Made by a program: the position numbers and the translations under genes | Shown here: positions 1-13,802 of the stretch, piece after piece | How positions within the stretch are numbered: the first letter of the stretch is position 1 | Layout of the letters: every line of letters begins with the position of its first letter | Notes under the pieces: model-generated | The model's input: only the letters and a program-made list of their open reading frames with translations | Told to the model about the DNA's origin: nothing | Databases searched by the model: none | From: Eledone cirrhosa | Lineage: Eukaryota | Assembly: GCA_964016885.1 (NCBI GenBank) | Contig: OZ024741.1 | Coordinates: 200,384,001 to 200,448,000 of the forward strand | Length of the DNA: 64,000 nucleotides | Direction of reading: 5' to 3'

Positions 1-1270
1 GTTTGCGCATGTGTTACATCCGGGTGTCTGTGTGTGTTTATATTCGTTTATTTATTTGTTTATTTACATCTTACTGGTTGGTTGTTTGTTCTATGTGCGT
101 GTGTGTTTTCATTTTGTCCTTAATTGTAAGTTGTGATGTTGCTGTTCCACTCATGTTTTCTATTTAATTTTGGTTGTAATTCATTTATGTTTATTGCCTC
201 TGTGATTTGTCTAAACATTGCGTCTTTTCTGTGTGTAGATTCTATTTTTATTTCTATGTTCTCTAATTTACCCTTATGTTCTATTTTAGCATGTTGGTAG
301 AGTACAGATGATTCTTTACTATCTTGAAGGTCTCGCCAGTGTTCATTTATCCGTCCCCTATACTACGAGCTGTCTCACCTATGTACACTATATTTTTATC
401 TCTACATTGTCCTTCAGCACATCTTATGCTATATACTACATTTCTAGTTTTACAGTTAATATGGGGCTTAATTTACAGATTATACATTTCTTATCTATAC
501 AGAGAGGTCTTTGAAAAGGGTATGTCTTGCTAATAAGTGTTTTTATGGAGGTACCTGGTCTTTCTACTATCTTAATATTGAGTTTATGTTTATCTAGGGC
601 CCTTCTAAATTTGTAAGCTAATTCTCCTCTAGGGGTTGTATCGATGAACATTACACTCTGGTATTTATTGCTATCATACCATGAGTTTATTCTATTAGCC
701 TTATTCCTAGTTCTTTCTATTCTATTCCAAAATTTGCTCCTATACAAGGGGCAGGTCCCATTTGTGTCATTATTTACCATTTTTTCCCATTTGGTTCTGG
801 CTCCTCTATACACTCTGATTTTATCTCTCTGATTGTAACCAGAGAACTGCATACGGTGGATGAAGTGTTGTATGTGTCTCTCTAGTTCTTCGGGGTTGCA
901 CATGCGGGACACGTTTCTCATCACCCGTACCAAATCCGCAATCAGTATGTTGATTTTGGTATGGTCCGAAACAGCTGAGTTTCGGTGGATCAGATATTTG
1001 GAAGTCATGGGTTTGGCATAATGGGAATGGAGGATTTATTTTTTGTTATTAATGGTATCTAACCAGAGCTCTGTGTCTAGTACAGGTAATCGATGGTTGG
1101 GGTGTTTGCTTGGGTAGTCTATAGTAACTCTAATACTCTGGTGGATGGAGTTAGCTATTTTCTGGATGCTTTCCATTGTGTTTTTCTCCAATTCCTGACT
1201 CTAGTGGGGGTGTTTTAACTACGATGTTTATATCATCAACGTAGCGGGAATACATTATCAGGGTTAAGGG
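1..1270 (-). mobile_element. Penelope-like element remnant (RT C-terminus/thumb, Cys-rich linker, decayed GIY-YIG)
   Basis: MYSRYVDDIN near 1230-1255, LPVLDTELW, ORF 436..1008 ending in CIDKKCIIC. Confidence 0.75.
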
Positions 1271-1749
1271 GTCTTCTCATATATATATATATGTAATATC
1301 TGAGAAAATGGCAAAAATGCGCCTCACTACCTGTAGAAGAAGCTCAAAGAAAGATTCCAAGGAATAAATATGAGCATTTATTATAAAATTAAAAGAGCGA
1401 TTGACATATACTTAGATATATCAAATATTAATAGGAGATAATTTGTAAAGAATGTAAGAACACATAGTTACAAAAGGTAGCATATTAAAATTTAACAAAA
1501 ACTTGAAATATAAATACCTGGCAATAATTATTTAAGTTCAAAAGTCAATTCTGGATCACCAGTGAAGGAGAGAAATCGAACTTACACAGCTGAGACAAGT
1601 CGGGGACTGTCAAAAACGCACATAGAGTTGTGAAAGAACTAGTACGTCTTATCATTGTCCCGGTGACGTGAATAGGTTAATATAGGTTTATTGACAGCTA
1701 GAAATAGTAGCCAAAACCTTTCAATAGTATAAAGCTCTACTATTTAGGA

Positions 1750-1817
<68 letters not shown>

Positions 1818-1818
1818 A

Positions 1819-2012
1819 TAATTGTTTCTACTTTTGGCACAAGGCCAGCAATTATCCCAGTGTAATACTGGTACATTATTTTATCGACCCCGTAAGGATG
1901 AAAGGCAAAGTTAACCTCGGCGGGATTTGAACTCAGAATGGCAAGGGCCGTAACTATATGCGTCAAAGCATGGCGTCCCACCCTTTACCGATACTGCCAA
2001 TCCACCACCCTT
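1819..2012 (-). mobile_element. tRNA-derived SINE
   Basis: B-box GAGTTCAAATCC, 3' GTAGAAACAATTA; same family as 18462 and 20906. Confidence 0.85.
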
Positions 2013-2034
2013 AATAATATATATATATATATAT

Positions 2035-2248
2035 AAAAGCAAGTCTGTCTGTGTACAAATACTAGGCTCCTTTTAACTTTTGAAGTACTAGGCCGATTTG
2101 GCACGTGCTATTGAGGCCACCTCTCATTGGCTAGCCAATTAGCTGACATAAGCTGACATGCACTCAGAAATTGCTAGCTAAGCCATAAACGACCTTGAAC
2201 GATTCAGGGTGTCATTCATTTCCCGAGCAACGCCGGGTACATCTGCTA

Positions 2249-2249
<1 letters not shown>
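2035..2249 (+). mobile_element. Short non-autonomous Helitron
   Basis: GC hairpin CCCGAGCAACGCCGGG followed by CTAG|T 3' end; (GTCT)n near the 5' end. Confidence 0.6.
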
Positions 2250-2288
<39 letters not shown>

Positions 2289-2370
2289 ATAATAATAAAT
2301 TTGAAGTCTAAAATCCAAAGAGGGCTCGATAAGGATAAATATATATCAAATATATAAGAACCGTAGAGCA

Positions 2371-3252
2371 AATATTTATTAAAATAACAGATTAAAGTTT
2401 AAGCAAAGAATCGCTGCTTTCACCCTTAACGGGATCTTCTGAAACTAACAAAGTCAATCTGTAAACGCAGAAGTGGATTTTTAAAAAACTTTGCAACCGG
2501 AGGAAGACAGGAAGACCATACTTTGCTTCGTGGGAACGTTCGCTATGCAAATAAGTAATGGTATAAACAAAACATACTTAGCTCCCACATCAAGACGTAA
2601 AATATCCACGTATAAATCGTACTATCCGTTAGGGTATAACGTGGGGCTGTAATACAGGAAAGTTTTGTGCAATTTATGTTTACAAGCCGAAATTGCTTCA
2701 GATTTTTTGTTTAAGATGTGGTCTGTGGCGTAGAGTATTTCCAGGGCCCCAGCGGCGCAGAGGTCACATGGTCTTTTATTTCCGTTATACGATCTAGCCC
2801 TAGCTAGGATCTCCCAGTGTAACTTATATTGGGTGTGGTTGTCTTTTAGACTCCAGATATAAGCTGAAAGTGACGTCATATTCCTTCTTAGAGGGTAACG
2901 AAAAGAATGGGTAAACAAAAAATCTGAGGCAATTTCGGCTTGTAAACATAAATTGCACAAAACTTTCCTGTATTACAGCCCCACGTTATACCCTAACGGA
3001 TAGTACGATTTATACGTGGATATTTTACGTATTGATGTGGGAGCTAAGTATGTTTTGTTTATACCATTACTTATATGCATAGCGAACGTTTCCACGAAGC
3101 AAAGTATCGTCTTCCTGTCTTCCTCCGGTTGCAACGTTTTTTGAAATATCCACTTCTGCGTTTACAGATTGACTTTGTTAGTTTCAGAAGATCCCGTTAA
3201 GGGTGAAAGCAGCGATTCTTTGCTTAAACTTTAATCTGTTATTTAATAAATA
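2371..3252. mobile_element. Penelope-like fragment: ~340-bp inverted repeats around a GIY-YIG C-terminal piece
   Basis: 2371-2712 is the reverse complement of 2912-3252; ORF 2622..2960 LSAYIWSLKD..WEIL..CDLC. Confidence 0.7.
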
Positions 3253-3273
3253 TATATATATATATATATATAT

Positions 3274-4159
3274 TAGGCATACGTCAAGGCGGGCGGTCTC
3301 AAAAGAGAAACTAATTTTTGACAGTTACGAATGTGAATTTGTTTGTTTTTTTACAACAGGTCTCAATAGTGAAAGTATAATGCAGACACACGCAATTGTA
3401 TGGATTTCTTAATATATATATACGTGTGTGTGTGTATATGTGTGTATATATATGTGTGTGCGTATGTATATATATATATATATGTGTGTTTGTATATATA
3501 TATGTGTTTGTGTCATCATCATCGTTTAACGTCTATCTTCCACGCAAGCATGAGTTTAGACGTATATATATGTTTGTGTGTATATATGTGTTTGTGTGTA
3601 TATATATGTGTGTTTGTGTGTATATATATGTGTCTGTATATATATATATATATATGTGTATGTATATATATATTTATGCACACATACACATTTGTATGAA
3701 TTTGTAGATGTATATATATATATATACATCTACAAATTCATACAAATGTGTATGTGTGCATAAATATATATATACATACATATATATATATATATACAGA
3801 CACATATATATACACACAAACACACATATATATACACACAAACACATATATACACACAAACATATATATACGTCTAAACCCATGCTTGCGTGGAAGATAG
3901 ACGTTAAACGATGATGATGACACAAACACATATATATATACAAAAACACATATATATATATATATATACATACACACACACATATATATACACACATATA
4001 CACACCCACACATATATATATTAAGAAATCCATACAATTGCGTGTGTCTGCATTAAACTTTCACTATTGAGACCTGTTGTAAAAAAACAAACAAATTCAC
4101 ATTCGTAACCGTCAAAAATTAGTTTCACTTTTGAGACCGCCCGTCTTGACGTATGCCTA
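3274..4159. repeat. ~890-bp foldback palindrome centred on a TA run (~3718)
   Basis: Arms are reverse complements with scattered mismatches; termini TAGGCATACGTCAAG / CTTGACGTATGCCTA. Confidence 0.9.
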
Positions 4160-4161
4160 TA

Positions 4162-4216
<55 letters not shown>

Positions 4217-4293
4217 ATATATATATATATATATAAAATATATATATATAATATATATATATATATAATATATATATATAATATATATATAAT

Positions 4294-4375
<82 letters not shown>

Positions 4376-4378
<3 letters not shown>

Positions 4379-5543
4379 TCAATACACTTCAGCAAGCGTT
4401 GATACCAACATTTAGGTCCATTTGTGCAAAAATGAGGGTCATGCAATTTAAACCATGTCAAAGTACCTTTTTGTACATATTCAACTGACGGAAAATGGGT
4501 ACCTTTCAATGATGTCTTTTTAGTCGTATGGGGCTAAATCGGGACTGTAAGGTGGGTGTCAGATGATTTCCCATCGAAATTCGCGTAACACAGCTCATGT
4601 CTGTCGAGCGCCGTGAAGGGGCGCTTTGACGTGTTCGAAGAGGACGCGACGATGCAGCTCCTCCGGGCGTTGTCCCGCGAATTTCGTGGCCAGTTTTCTC
4701 AAAACGCCTTCATAATATGCAGATGTAATTGTTCTCTTGTTCTCGAGGAAGTCAACCAGCAAAATCTCTCCTGCATCCCAGAAGACACTGGCCATGTCCT
4801 TCCCCCTAGAACGCTCCGATTCTGCCTTGATTGGCCCACTTCCACCTCTGGGCAGCCACTGTTTCGATTGAGTTTTGTCCTCGGGATCGTCCTGGTATAG
4901 CCCCGTTTCATCCCTGGTAACAATTCTCTGCAGAAAAGCTTCAGGGTCTTCATCCCACTTGTTCAAAATTTCCATTTGCTGCTGATCTGGGTGCGACAGA
5001 TTTGGGATCCATCGAGCGGAAAACTTGCTCAGCCCAAAACTCTCTACCAGAATTGCGCGTGCAGAACCCACGGAGATGTTGAATGTGTTGGCTACTGATT
5101 CCGTTGTTATTCGCCTATCCTTTTCAATTAGGTCGCGAACAACATCGATGTCTTTCACACAGACCGACAGGGATGGACTGCTACGGCAGGGATCATCTTC
5201 AACTTCATCTCTTCCACTTCTAAAACGACTTATCTATTTGTAGGCTGGTGATTTATTTGGGGCATTGTCCCCATAAACTTGCTCCAGAGCGTCAATGATT
5301 TGCCTGCTCTGAACTTCACCATGAATTTGATGTTTGACCTGGTTTCAATTTTGATGGAGGTCATGTTATTCGAGCAGGTGCTGTCTTCCTATTGGCGGCG
5401 CAGTATTGCAACATGCATTTAAGGGTTCATGTTAGAAAATGTTATGGCACGTTAGTACGAGAACGTACAGGTGCATTGAGATCAAAATCCCGCATATGAA
5501 TTTATGCTATGTACTTTTTCCACGAACTTTTTGAAGCGCTCTC

Positions 5544-5546
<3 letters not shown>
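4376..5546 (-). mobile_element. Degenerate mariner (Tc1/mariner) transposon
   Basis: ORF 4595..5158 with WIPNL (WVP-like), VTRDET and HVKAPLH (HDNA-like); one TIR-like end TACGAGAGCGCTTCAAAAAG next to the TA repeat. Confidence 0.85.
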
Positions 5547-5603
<57 letters not shown>

Positions 5604-6654
5604 GAGTTAAACAACATTCAATGAGTATATCAGTACGTTCAATAACACGCCGGCACATTAATATACATAACGTAACATTATTAACTTTGATCCATACCAT
5701 TATTTCTCTATCTTTATTTTCCTATCTAAGTTTTAAATTTTAGTTTAAATATCCAACCCTTATACTTTTACGAAAATTATTTTTAACTGTGAATCTTTCA
5801 TGTGTTTACATTTTCGATTTATTATTTATAATATGTATGTAATTATCTTTTGTAACTTTTTTTAATATACCTAGCGTATTTTTATATCCATGATTCAAAT
5901 ATAGAGCAAATATCCAAACTATAAATTATTATGGACCTTATTTTGAACTCTGAATTATCCATGCATTTATTATCGTTTTTCTTATATACATATGTATGTA
6001 TTTAACTGTAACACGTCGAAATCCATTATATAAGATTATAATCGTTATTATTTACCTAAAGTACACTATATCACTAATACTTAATATATATCTATATATA
6101 CCTCCCTGTATCTCTCTATACATTATTTTTAGATAACTTCTAAATTTCTAGATTATTATTTATTTTGAACTATGAATAATTCATGCATTTACACCCTGTT
6201 ATATATAGGTATCTATTTAACTTTAGCATGCTTCAATCTATTATTCTATATTCGTTATCATTTACCTAAAATATACTGGCTCATTAATATATATCTATAT
6301 ACATAATCGTTATTTAAATATTTCTAACAATAAGTAATTCATAAGCTTTACATACCGAAAATGTTGACATTTTTATAGATTATCTTCGTTAAAGTTTACA
6401 TTTAGGAAAATATTCAACAGTATAAATTTTCCTTTCGCTGGCCAGGTAAATCCTTTAAATATTATCCTCATAAAATTCAGAAGTTTAGAAATGTTAACAC
6501 ACTTATAGAATTTATAAAACTAATAAATATAAATAACCAGCAACTTTTAAAAAAACCTAAAATCTTGATTCTTCACCCTAAAATAACATAAATTAAATAT
6601 TTTGAAACTTAACCGTTAAGGTTTTGGAAAAATCTCTTTCTGCATATATTACCC

Positions 6655-6740
6655 CCCTTTATCTTTCCGGGGTCGATAAAATAAAGTACCAGTAAGGCAC
6701 TGGGTAATTGCTGGCCTTGTGCCTAAAGTAGAAACAATTA
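6655..6740 (+). mobile_element. 5'-truncated SINE
   Basis: GGGGTCGATAAAATAAAGTACCAG...GTAGAAACAATTA matches the SINE 3' half. Confidence 0.75.
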
Positions 6741-6798
6741 TATTTTGTCTGATGAGGACGTACTGTTGTACCTCCGAAATATGTATAATAAAATGTAA
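6738..6798 (+). ncRNA. Minimal type I hammerhead ribozyme (Penelope-associated)
   Basis: TATATTTTGT-CTGATGA-GGA..GTAC-TGTT-GTAC..TCC-GAAA-TATG-TA, then ATAAAATGTA pairing as stem I. Confidence 0.7.
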
Positions 6799-6834
6799 TT
6801 GATCAAAAGAACATCTATTTTATTAATATTTGTA

Positions 6835-6889
<55 letters not shown>

Positions 6890-6925
6890 ATAAATATGAA
6901 TATTCACTCAAAACTGGTGTTATGT

Positions 6926-7450
6926 TTAGTGTTTCCCCAAACTTAAGTTTCGAGATGTAAAAGGTTGTGTGTATGCGTGATCGTTGGTTGCAGTGTGATG
7001 TGATTTTAAGGTCTCTTTTAACATGCCGTTAATTTGTGTTGAGGTGTACTCGAGGGGTAGTGTCATGGAGAATTCAGGAGGTCTGGTGAGATGGTGTCTT
7101 GAGAAGTGGGCTTCCTGTTTGATAAAAAATGGGTCTTTTGATGCAGGCACCATCTAAAGATGTCTGTCTTTGAGTTGAGGTATATACCCGGCGAATATAA
7201 GCCTTGTAACATCCTGAATTTTTCACTTACGCAGAGCGAGTACTTCTTGCTTCCGTTTTTGTATAGCATGGACTTTTCAAGCACTTTCCATGTGATGTCA
7301 TGGCGTATTCTCTTTTCCTTTAGCTGCCAGACCCTTTTTGCCAGTCCTGTAGTGGTTTTCATGGGGGAGGATGTTTAAATAAAGACAGGTGCAAGTAGAA
7401 TATTTGTTTAAAACGGTATTGGATCACACCTACATAGCCTTCTTGCTTAG
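6926..7450 (-). mobile_element. Penelope-like GIY-YIG endonuclease fragment
   Basis: TTGLAKRVWQLKEK..ITWKVLEK..LCVSEK, homologous to ORF 2622..2960. Confidence 0.65.
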
Positions 7451-7479
7451 CATTGAAGAATTGGCCCAAGTACATGTCT

Positions 7480-9790
7480 ATGAAGTCTAAGTCGACTGTA
7501 CAGATCACAAATTTGTGGTCTGTGTAGTTAATTACTTTGAATTGTGTACAGCTTATGCTAGCCTTATCTACTTTCTTACAACATACTCTATCTAGATACG
7601 ATCTGGATAACCTGATGCAGTTTGTCCAGGTCTACATGGACACATTTCGGAAATCGAGTCTGTACCTGTCAGACAATTGGAAATATCTAAGCAGGTTTGC
7701 GATGCTTTTACACCCTCCTCCAATATCTGCTAGCCCCACACAGTCCTAGCGTACGTTTAAGATACGGTTCCAGTTGCTAATTGAAACTAAAGAGAGGGAC
7801 GTTCCTAGAAAGCTCTCGGAGAAATCAGACAGTCCTGTCCCTGTCGGAGCATAGACAGTCACTAACCTGAATGCATAACCTTCACTGCTAGTCAGGTCCA
7901 ACTTACCTTCTGGGTCCAGGAAGATGGTCCGTATCGCGACTTTCCGAAACAGCACAGCCATTCCACCTGCAGATCCCGGACGACTTGGAGATGCGTACAC
8001 CTCTTAGCCGCCAAAAATGGGTGCGCAGACATTAATGGTCACCCCATCTATATTCAGTGATCTGAGGTGGTTGAGCAGGTGGCCCTACTTCCATGATGAC
8101 TCCAGGCCACGTGCATTTATACTATATTTTCTAAGTAAGGCAATGCTAGATAAGGAGTAGGAAAAGTAAGAAATGGTTACTTACCTTATTCGTGTAGAGG
8201 GAGGCATGATGTTTCTTCCACCCGGCCAGTTGAGGGCACCTCCACTATAATGTCGGAGTATATTCTTTTTGATATGGTCCCCCAGAAATCTCCAGTTGCC
8301 CCAGGGAAATTTTGTTTAAGTGTTATGTACGTTTTCTGATCTATAGTTAATATTTTATGTGTGTGGGTAGTTGCTTTTTTGTGGAGTAACGTAGTTTTTT
8401 TTTCTTGTTTTGTGCTGATGTGTTGAATTACTTTTCTGTTGTTTGTGCTTATTGTTGTGTAATGTGTAGAGTTTGTCTTTTTGCTGGGTTTGCGTTTGTT
8501 GTGGATGAGAATTTGGTTGTGTTTGGGATGTTGTTGGTGCCTGTTGTGTTGCTGATGCTGGTTGTGGTGGTGGTGGTTGTATGTGTGTTTCGATTATGTG
8601 GCTCGACGCTTTAACTTTTGATTTCCTTCTGTTTCCCTCTCCTTTTTTCAAGGCGATGAGAGTAAGTTTTTTTTCTTTTTTCATTTTCTTTACCCTCGTC
8701 ACAATCCATGTCGAACTGTGTGCTATCGGGGAGGGGTATGTCTACCAGGGTATTGGTTGTGTTATTGATGGTGTTGGTGGTGCTTCTGTTGTTTCGGCTA
8801 TCGGTCTTGGCTTTACAGCAGTTTGTGTAAGAGTTGTTGTTGGTAGTCTCCTGCTGTCACAGTAGTTGTTGCTGTTGTTCACTGTTGTTGTTGTTTGCTG
8901 TTGCTGCTGTTGTTGTTGTGGTTGTTGAGGTCCTGGTGTTGGCAGCAGGGGAACCCTTTAGTTCCCCGTCTTCTATTGAGGGAAAAAAGGTCTTAAATGT
9001 CCAGCGGGGTTTTTACCCTTAATGATGACCCATACCCCCACGCAACCTGGAAGGCGAATTAGGTCTGGGATCTTCTCTGGTATGATATGAACAAGTATCT
9101 TCTAACTAATTCTTAACCAGTTGTCCATCCGGGTCCTCTTTACTCTAGTAACGTTTCGATTCTCTGTACGATGCATGCTGGGGTCCACCAGATGTCTATT
9201 TTTGGCGGGATCCCAGCAACATGGATCTTTAGTGAAAGAGAGAAACAAAATATAATGGCCCATTTTACAGGGAACCACAGAGTACTTATTTGCAAGGGCC
9301 TCGTTTTCGAAGATCAATAAGATGCTCCCAAACTGCTTGAGCCTTGTCATGTGTTGGGTGTTTGACATCAAATCCTTCAGAGTTGCCTCCACTTGAGATG
9401 GTGGGGCCAGCTCCGGCTTTTTGGAGTTGACGCCAATATACTTGTAAGTGAAGGTTGTTTTATTTTTATTTCTGTTGCTGCCTCAGGCGGAACACGTGTT
9501 GACCCAGGTTTTGTCAACTGTTTTAAGTTTGACTGCTAGAGCCAAACATTCCTCCCTGTAATGTCTATGTGGAACAATTCCACTGTTTTCGCAGCTGTTG
9601 CTGCGAATGTACTTTTGCTGCTGAAGATATTGCCGTTGTTGTTGCTGTTGTTGCTGTTGTTGAAGTTGTCATTATTGTTGATGTTGTTGTTGTTATTAGA
9701 GGAACTCTGTTTCGTTGTAGTCGCTATCGCTGTTGTTCTTTTTGTTATCATTATTGTTGTTCATGTTGCTCCCCTGCCTACAGGTGCATA
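7480..9790 (-). mobile_element. Old degenerate Tx1 copy (ORF1 plus APE N-terminus)
   Basis: YASPSRPGSAGGMAVLFR, IFLDPEGK and FRLVTVYAPTG match array ORF2; Gln/Thr-rich ORF1 remnants upstream. Confidence 0.8.
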
Positions 9791-10470
9791 GCCAGAGTAG
9801 GCCTATTTACTCGGGTCATCCTCGTTAGATTCACCCCCTTTAACAAATATAATGGGGGGTGGTGGGTGCACTTACTTCTCTACCCTCACCTTCCTTTCCA
9901 AGTGGAATTTGAAAAAAACTTTAATGAGTCCTTTCAACTGCGTCTACCCCACAACCTCCTTCACAATCACTCGACAAAGGAAAACCGCATGCACTTCTCG
10001 GCTAAAGGAAGGCGGTAGTGCGATTTTCTCGATGGATTCGCTCGATACTCAGATCCGTCCACAAACCAGTAATACACGGACACTGGATAAGTGCATTCAG
10101 AACAGTTTTGTCACATTCCGCGTGTCCTGAACAGGTCCAGAGTGTAGCATTTACATGCTTGTGGAGTTTGTCTAGAATTGGCAGCGATCCCCGGTAGCTT
10201 TGCCAAGCGAAGGATTTCTGGAAGCGTCCATAATCCCAGACTTAGTAGTTATCCGGAAAAGACTGGTCAGTTCAATTACTTCCGCACCCAGAGCCTCCCC
10301 GAGAACATTGTCTCACTTACCCACCACTAGTGTTCAATAAAACGATAGAGTGGAATTTCCAATGACTGTATTGTCCAACTGGTAGAGGGCAGTGTGCGTC
10401 CGACAACAGACGCCAGGTGCCCTGTTTCAGTCTTCGCTTGACCCACGACTGTAGTTCATATAGACTTGCC
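9790..10470 (-). mobile_element. Degenerate Tx1 ORF2 3' fragment
   Basis: ELQSWVKRR and DNA similarity to the ORF2 3' end (e.g. TGGAATTTGAAAAA, CGGCTAAAGGAAGG). Confidence 0.75.
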
Positions 10471-10479
10471 AAGTCTTCC

Positions 10480-12100
10480 TGGATCTCCCCACTCCAAGGC
10501 TTCCATCGACTTTTAGCGCTCTGCACCTTTGTATACAACTGTCGTCCTTTATACGCATCACATGTCCATTCCAACGCAATCTCCTCTCCTGCACACAGCA
10601 TTTGATTCCTCTTATACCTAGTCCCCCTCTCAGATCATTTATGCTTCACTGTTCACGTATATTACTATTACACATCCATCGGATCATGCAAGCTTCATTT
10701 CTTTCCAATCTATGCAAGTCTTCTGTACACAGCGCCCAGGTCTTACTAACATGCAACATTGCTATTCGTATGTACGCATCATACAGTCTGCCTTTCATTT
10801 TGAAAGAAAGGCCTTTCGTAGCTAGCCGTTTTAGTAGCTCTCTGAATGTCTTTCATCCCGTTCTTACTCTGGCTACTGTACTTTAAGAACACATGCCTCC
10901 ACTGCTAATTTGGCCATCCAGGTAGCAGAAGCTGTCTACTCTTTCTACCAAGCCTTCCCAGAATTTGATAGCGCTTGTTTTTTGTGGTTGCTTGCTGCTT
11001 ACTGTTCCGCTGCAACTGCTACATGTAAAGCCTACATTTTTAACTAAACTTCCTGAGATCCCCCTACATCTCTTGTGTACCCATAGTTTTTTGGGGGACC
11101 AAGGGATGGAATTTCTACGTACACCTTACCTACATACTGAACATGGCCGTTTCCATGAAGGGATCTGGGTTCTGTTTTCTCTTCTACTTACTAAAACCTT
11201 AGTCTTTGTCAGGTTGACTTTAAGACCTCTTGTTTCTAGGCCCTGCTTCCATGTTTGTAATTTCTTCTCTAGTTCCACCATAGATTCCGTTATGAGTGTA
11301 ACGTCATCCGTGTACAGGAGTTCCCATGTGCAACCGGTCTTAAACTTCTCTGTTATGGCCTGCAATACAATAATAAACAGGAAAGCGCTAAGAACAGAGC
11401 CCTGGTGGACGCCAACCTGTACTTTAAATTCCTCGCTATAATCATTGTTAAACCTAACTTTGCTGACTGCTCCTCTATACATGGCTTGTACAGCCTTCAC
11501 AAGCCACTCATCTACTCCTACTTTTCAGAGAGCCCACCAGATTATGGCACGGGGCACTCTGTCGAAAGCTTTCTCCAGATCAATAAACACCAGGTAGAGC
11601 CGCTTGCTTATAGCTAAGTACTTTTTCTGTAACTGTCTCACAGAGAAGAGGACATCAGTGGTCTTTTGCCTGGTACAAATCCAAACTGCCTCTCATCTAG
11701 ATTTACCCTGTCCCTAATCAACTGTGCTATAACTCTTTCTGTTACTTTCATAACCTGGTCCATCAACTTGATGCCTCTATAGTTTCCTCTATCTAGCGCA
11801 TCACCTTTACTCTTGTAGCAATTCACAATGATACTACTGCGCCAATCATTCAGTATTACACCATTTAGTATTACTTGATTTACAATACGTGTGGTTATGG
11901 TGGGATCTACCGACCCGGATACTTTCAACATCTCGGCAACTATTCCCGATGGACCGGCTACCTTCCCGGTGTTTATAACCATAATTGCCTTACTTACTAC
12001 ACTGCTGGTGACTCGTACAGCTGGGCCCCCTGTGAGGTCCACTTGGAGTAGGGTATCTTTCTCCCATGCATTCTCCTCATTCAGCAATCTTCCATGCAAC
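10480..12100 (-). mobile_element. Degenerate RTE-like LINE RT region
   Basis: NYRGIKL, QFGFVPG, GVHQGSVLS, LLYTDDV, LKVNLTKTK. Confidence 0.8.
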
Positions 12101-12456
12101 TTTTTCTTCGGCGCATGTGAGGGCAAATGCGCCTTTATAATTCCGGACACACTTCTCACCAATGACATCGCATATATAGTGAAAAGAGTGTGAACGTCAG
12201 AAAACGTTCTTTACAAATCACGTTATACAAGGAAAATGATAAAAAGGGGCTTCGAAAAATGGACTTGGTATATATACAAAGGATCTTTTAAACATGTACA
12301 GAAACTGATGTTTGCAAAGCCTGTTTTCTCCGGTTTGGGTTATCAAAATATTTCTTATTAGGTTAAACTGCTTTTTCGTTAAATCTCCCGCATGCTGATT
12401 CTCAACCACAGCATATATTTATCATTTTACTTTTATATATATATATATATATATAC

Positions 12457-13802
12457 ACTAGCAGCAGCACCCGGCGTTGCACGGGGTAGGAAATGTGAAA
12501 TAGCAACACGCATATGCAAAGATTGAGGAATGTAGCTGTGTACTTTTTCAATTCCATTATTCTCAGGGAATGATTGTTCATCTACTGGAAACGTAGAACA
12601 CCAGCAGACCTGAATCGTGAAACATCTGCATACATGTGAAAAATCTGAAGAAAATCAGCTGGATACTCTTTGAGCGTACTAAATCTTAGAGTATGATTTT
12701 TCTTCCATTTTGAGAAAATCCGTTAGGTACTTTTCGAGTTTTATAGATTCGCACCCAGTCATCCGGACAGACATCATCAGTTATGTCTATTGCACCCTGT
12801 ACAGAGTAAAGCCTGCAATGCTTGAGTAAGACATGTCATGTAACCACACAGCATGTTGGGCCTTCCCCAGAGGAGACCATAGCCTCTTCGTAAATCTACC
12901 CAATCTGATATAGACCGAACTGTTATATCGGATGCCGAACACTTCGGAGATACTATTAGGGTCACCATCAACAATTTCAATGGATGTACGTTTAAGTAGG
13001 GATATTGAGATGACGAAATCAGCGTGGCAACGCAGCTGCAGCAGAAGGCGGTCATAGTGCAATTAGCACAAACGCTGGGCGGCACTGGTTGCACTGCGTT
13101 TACACAGCAACAAAGGTGCGACAAAAGGGGTCACCGCGGAATTAGCACAACTGCTGTTCGGCGTACTTGCGCAGGGCATTCATATTGCAGTGTAGGTGCA
13201 ACAAAAGGGGTCTTAGTAGAAGTAGCACAGACATGAGTTTTACGGTGTTAATAACACGGCAACGTACACAGAGCCCGGATTTGCGCGTGATGAAAGCACG
13301 AAGTGTCAACAGGGCATCGACAAAAATTTTAAGGTCGTCCTCATTTCCTCAATACCCATTTTATGGTCCTGCTTAAAAGTAAGTAAGTGTAGTGTCCTCT
13401 GTTAAATAAATCAAATTTTTAACGAAATAGTATACGCTACTTACGATGTTTAAGTAGCGTTTATATTGAAAATGAAAATAGCATGTAATGCCTAATGCTA
13501 ATTCGTAAATTTCCTAGAAACCACTAATGGAATCTGATTTTTTTTGTCCATAGCAATGCGAGGGGATTAACTACTGTGTGCTGCAAATTTCAAGGAAGTT
13601 GGCTGGATTATCTTTAAGTTACGCCCCAAAAAAGCCTAAAAACGCCTAAACAATGCGGGCCCTAGGGAAGAAAAAGTTTAAAAAAATTTATCCCATTGCA
13701 CTTCAAGAAATATAAGTAACGCATGTGTAAAGTTTGAAAAAATTGGTCGGGTACTTCTTGAGTTTTAATGATTTTCAGAGACAGATAGACAGACACCTTC
13801 TG

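Noticed and set aside
3396-4509. Many ORFs rich in YI/CV/HT (also 13734-16505, 22287-23037, 61677-63167)
   Set aside because: Translations of stop-free microsatellites, not genes
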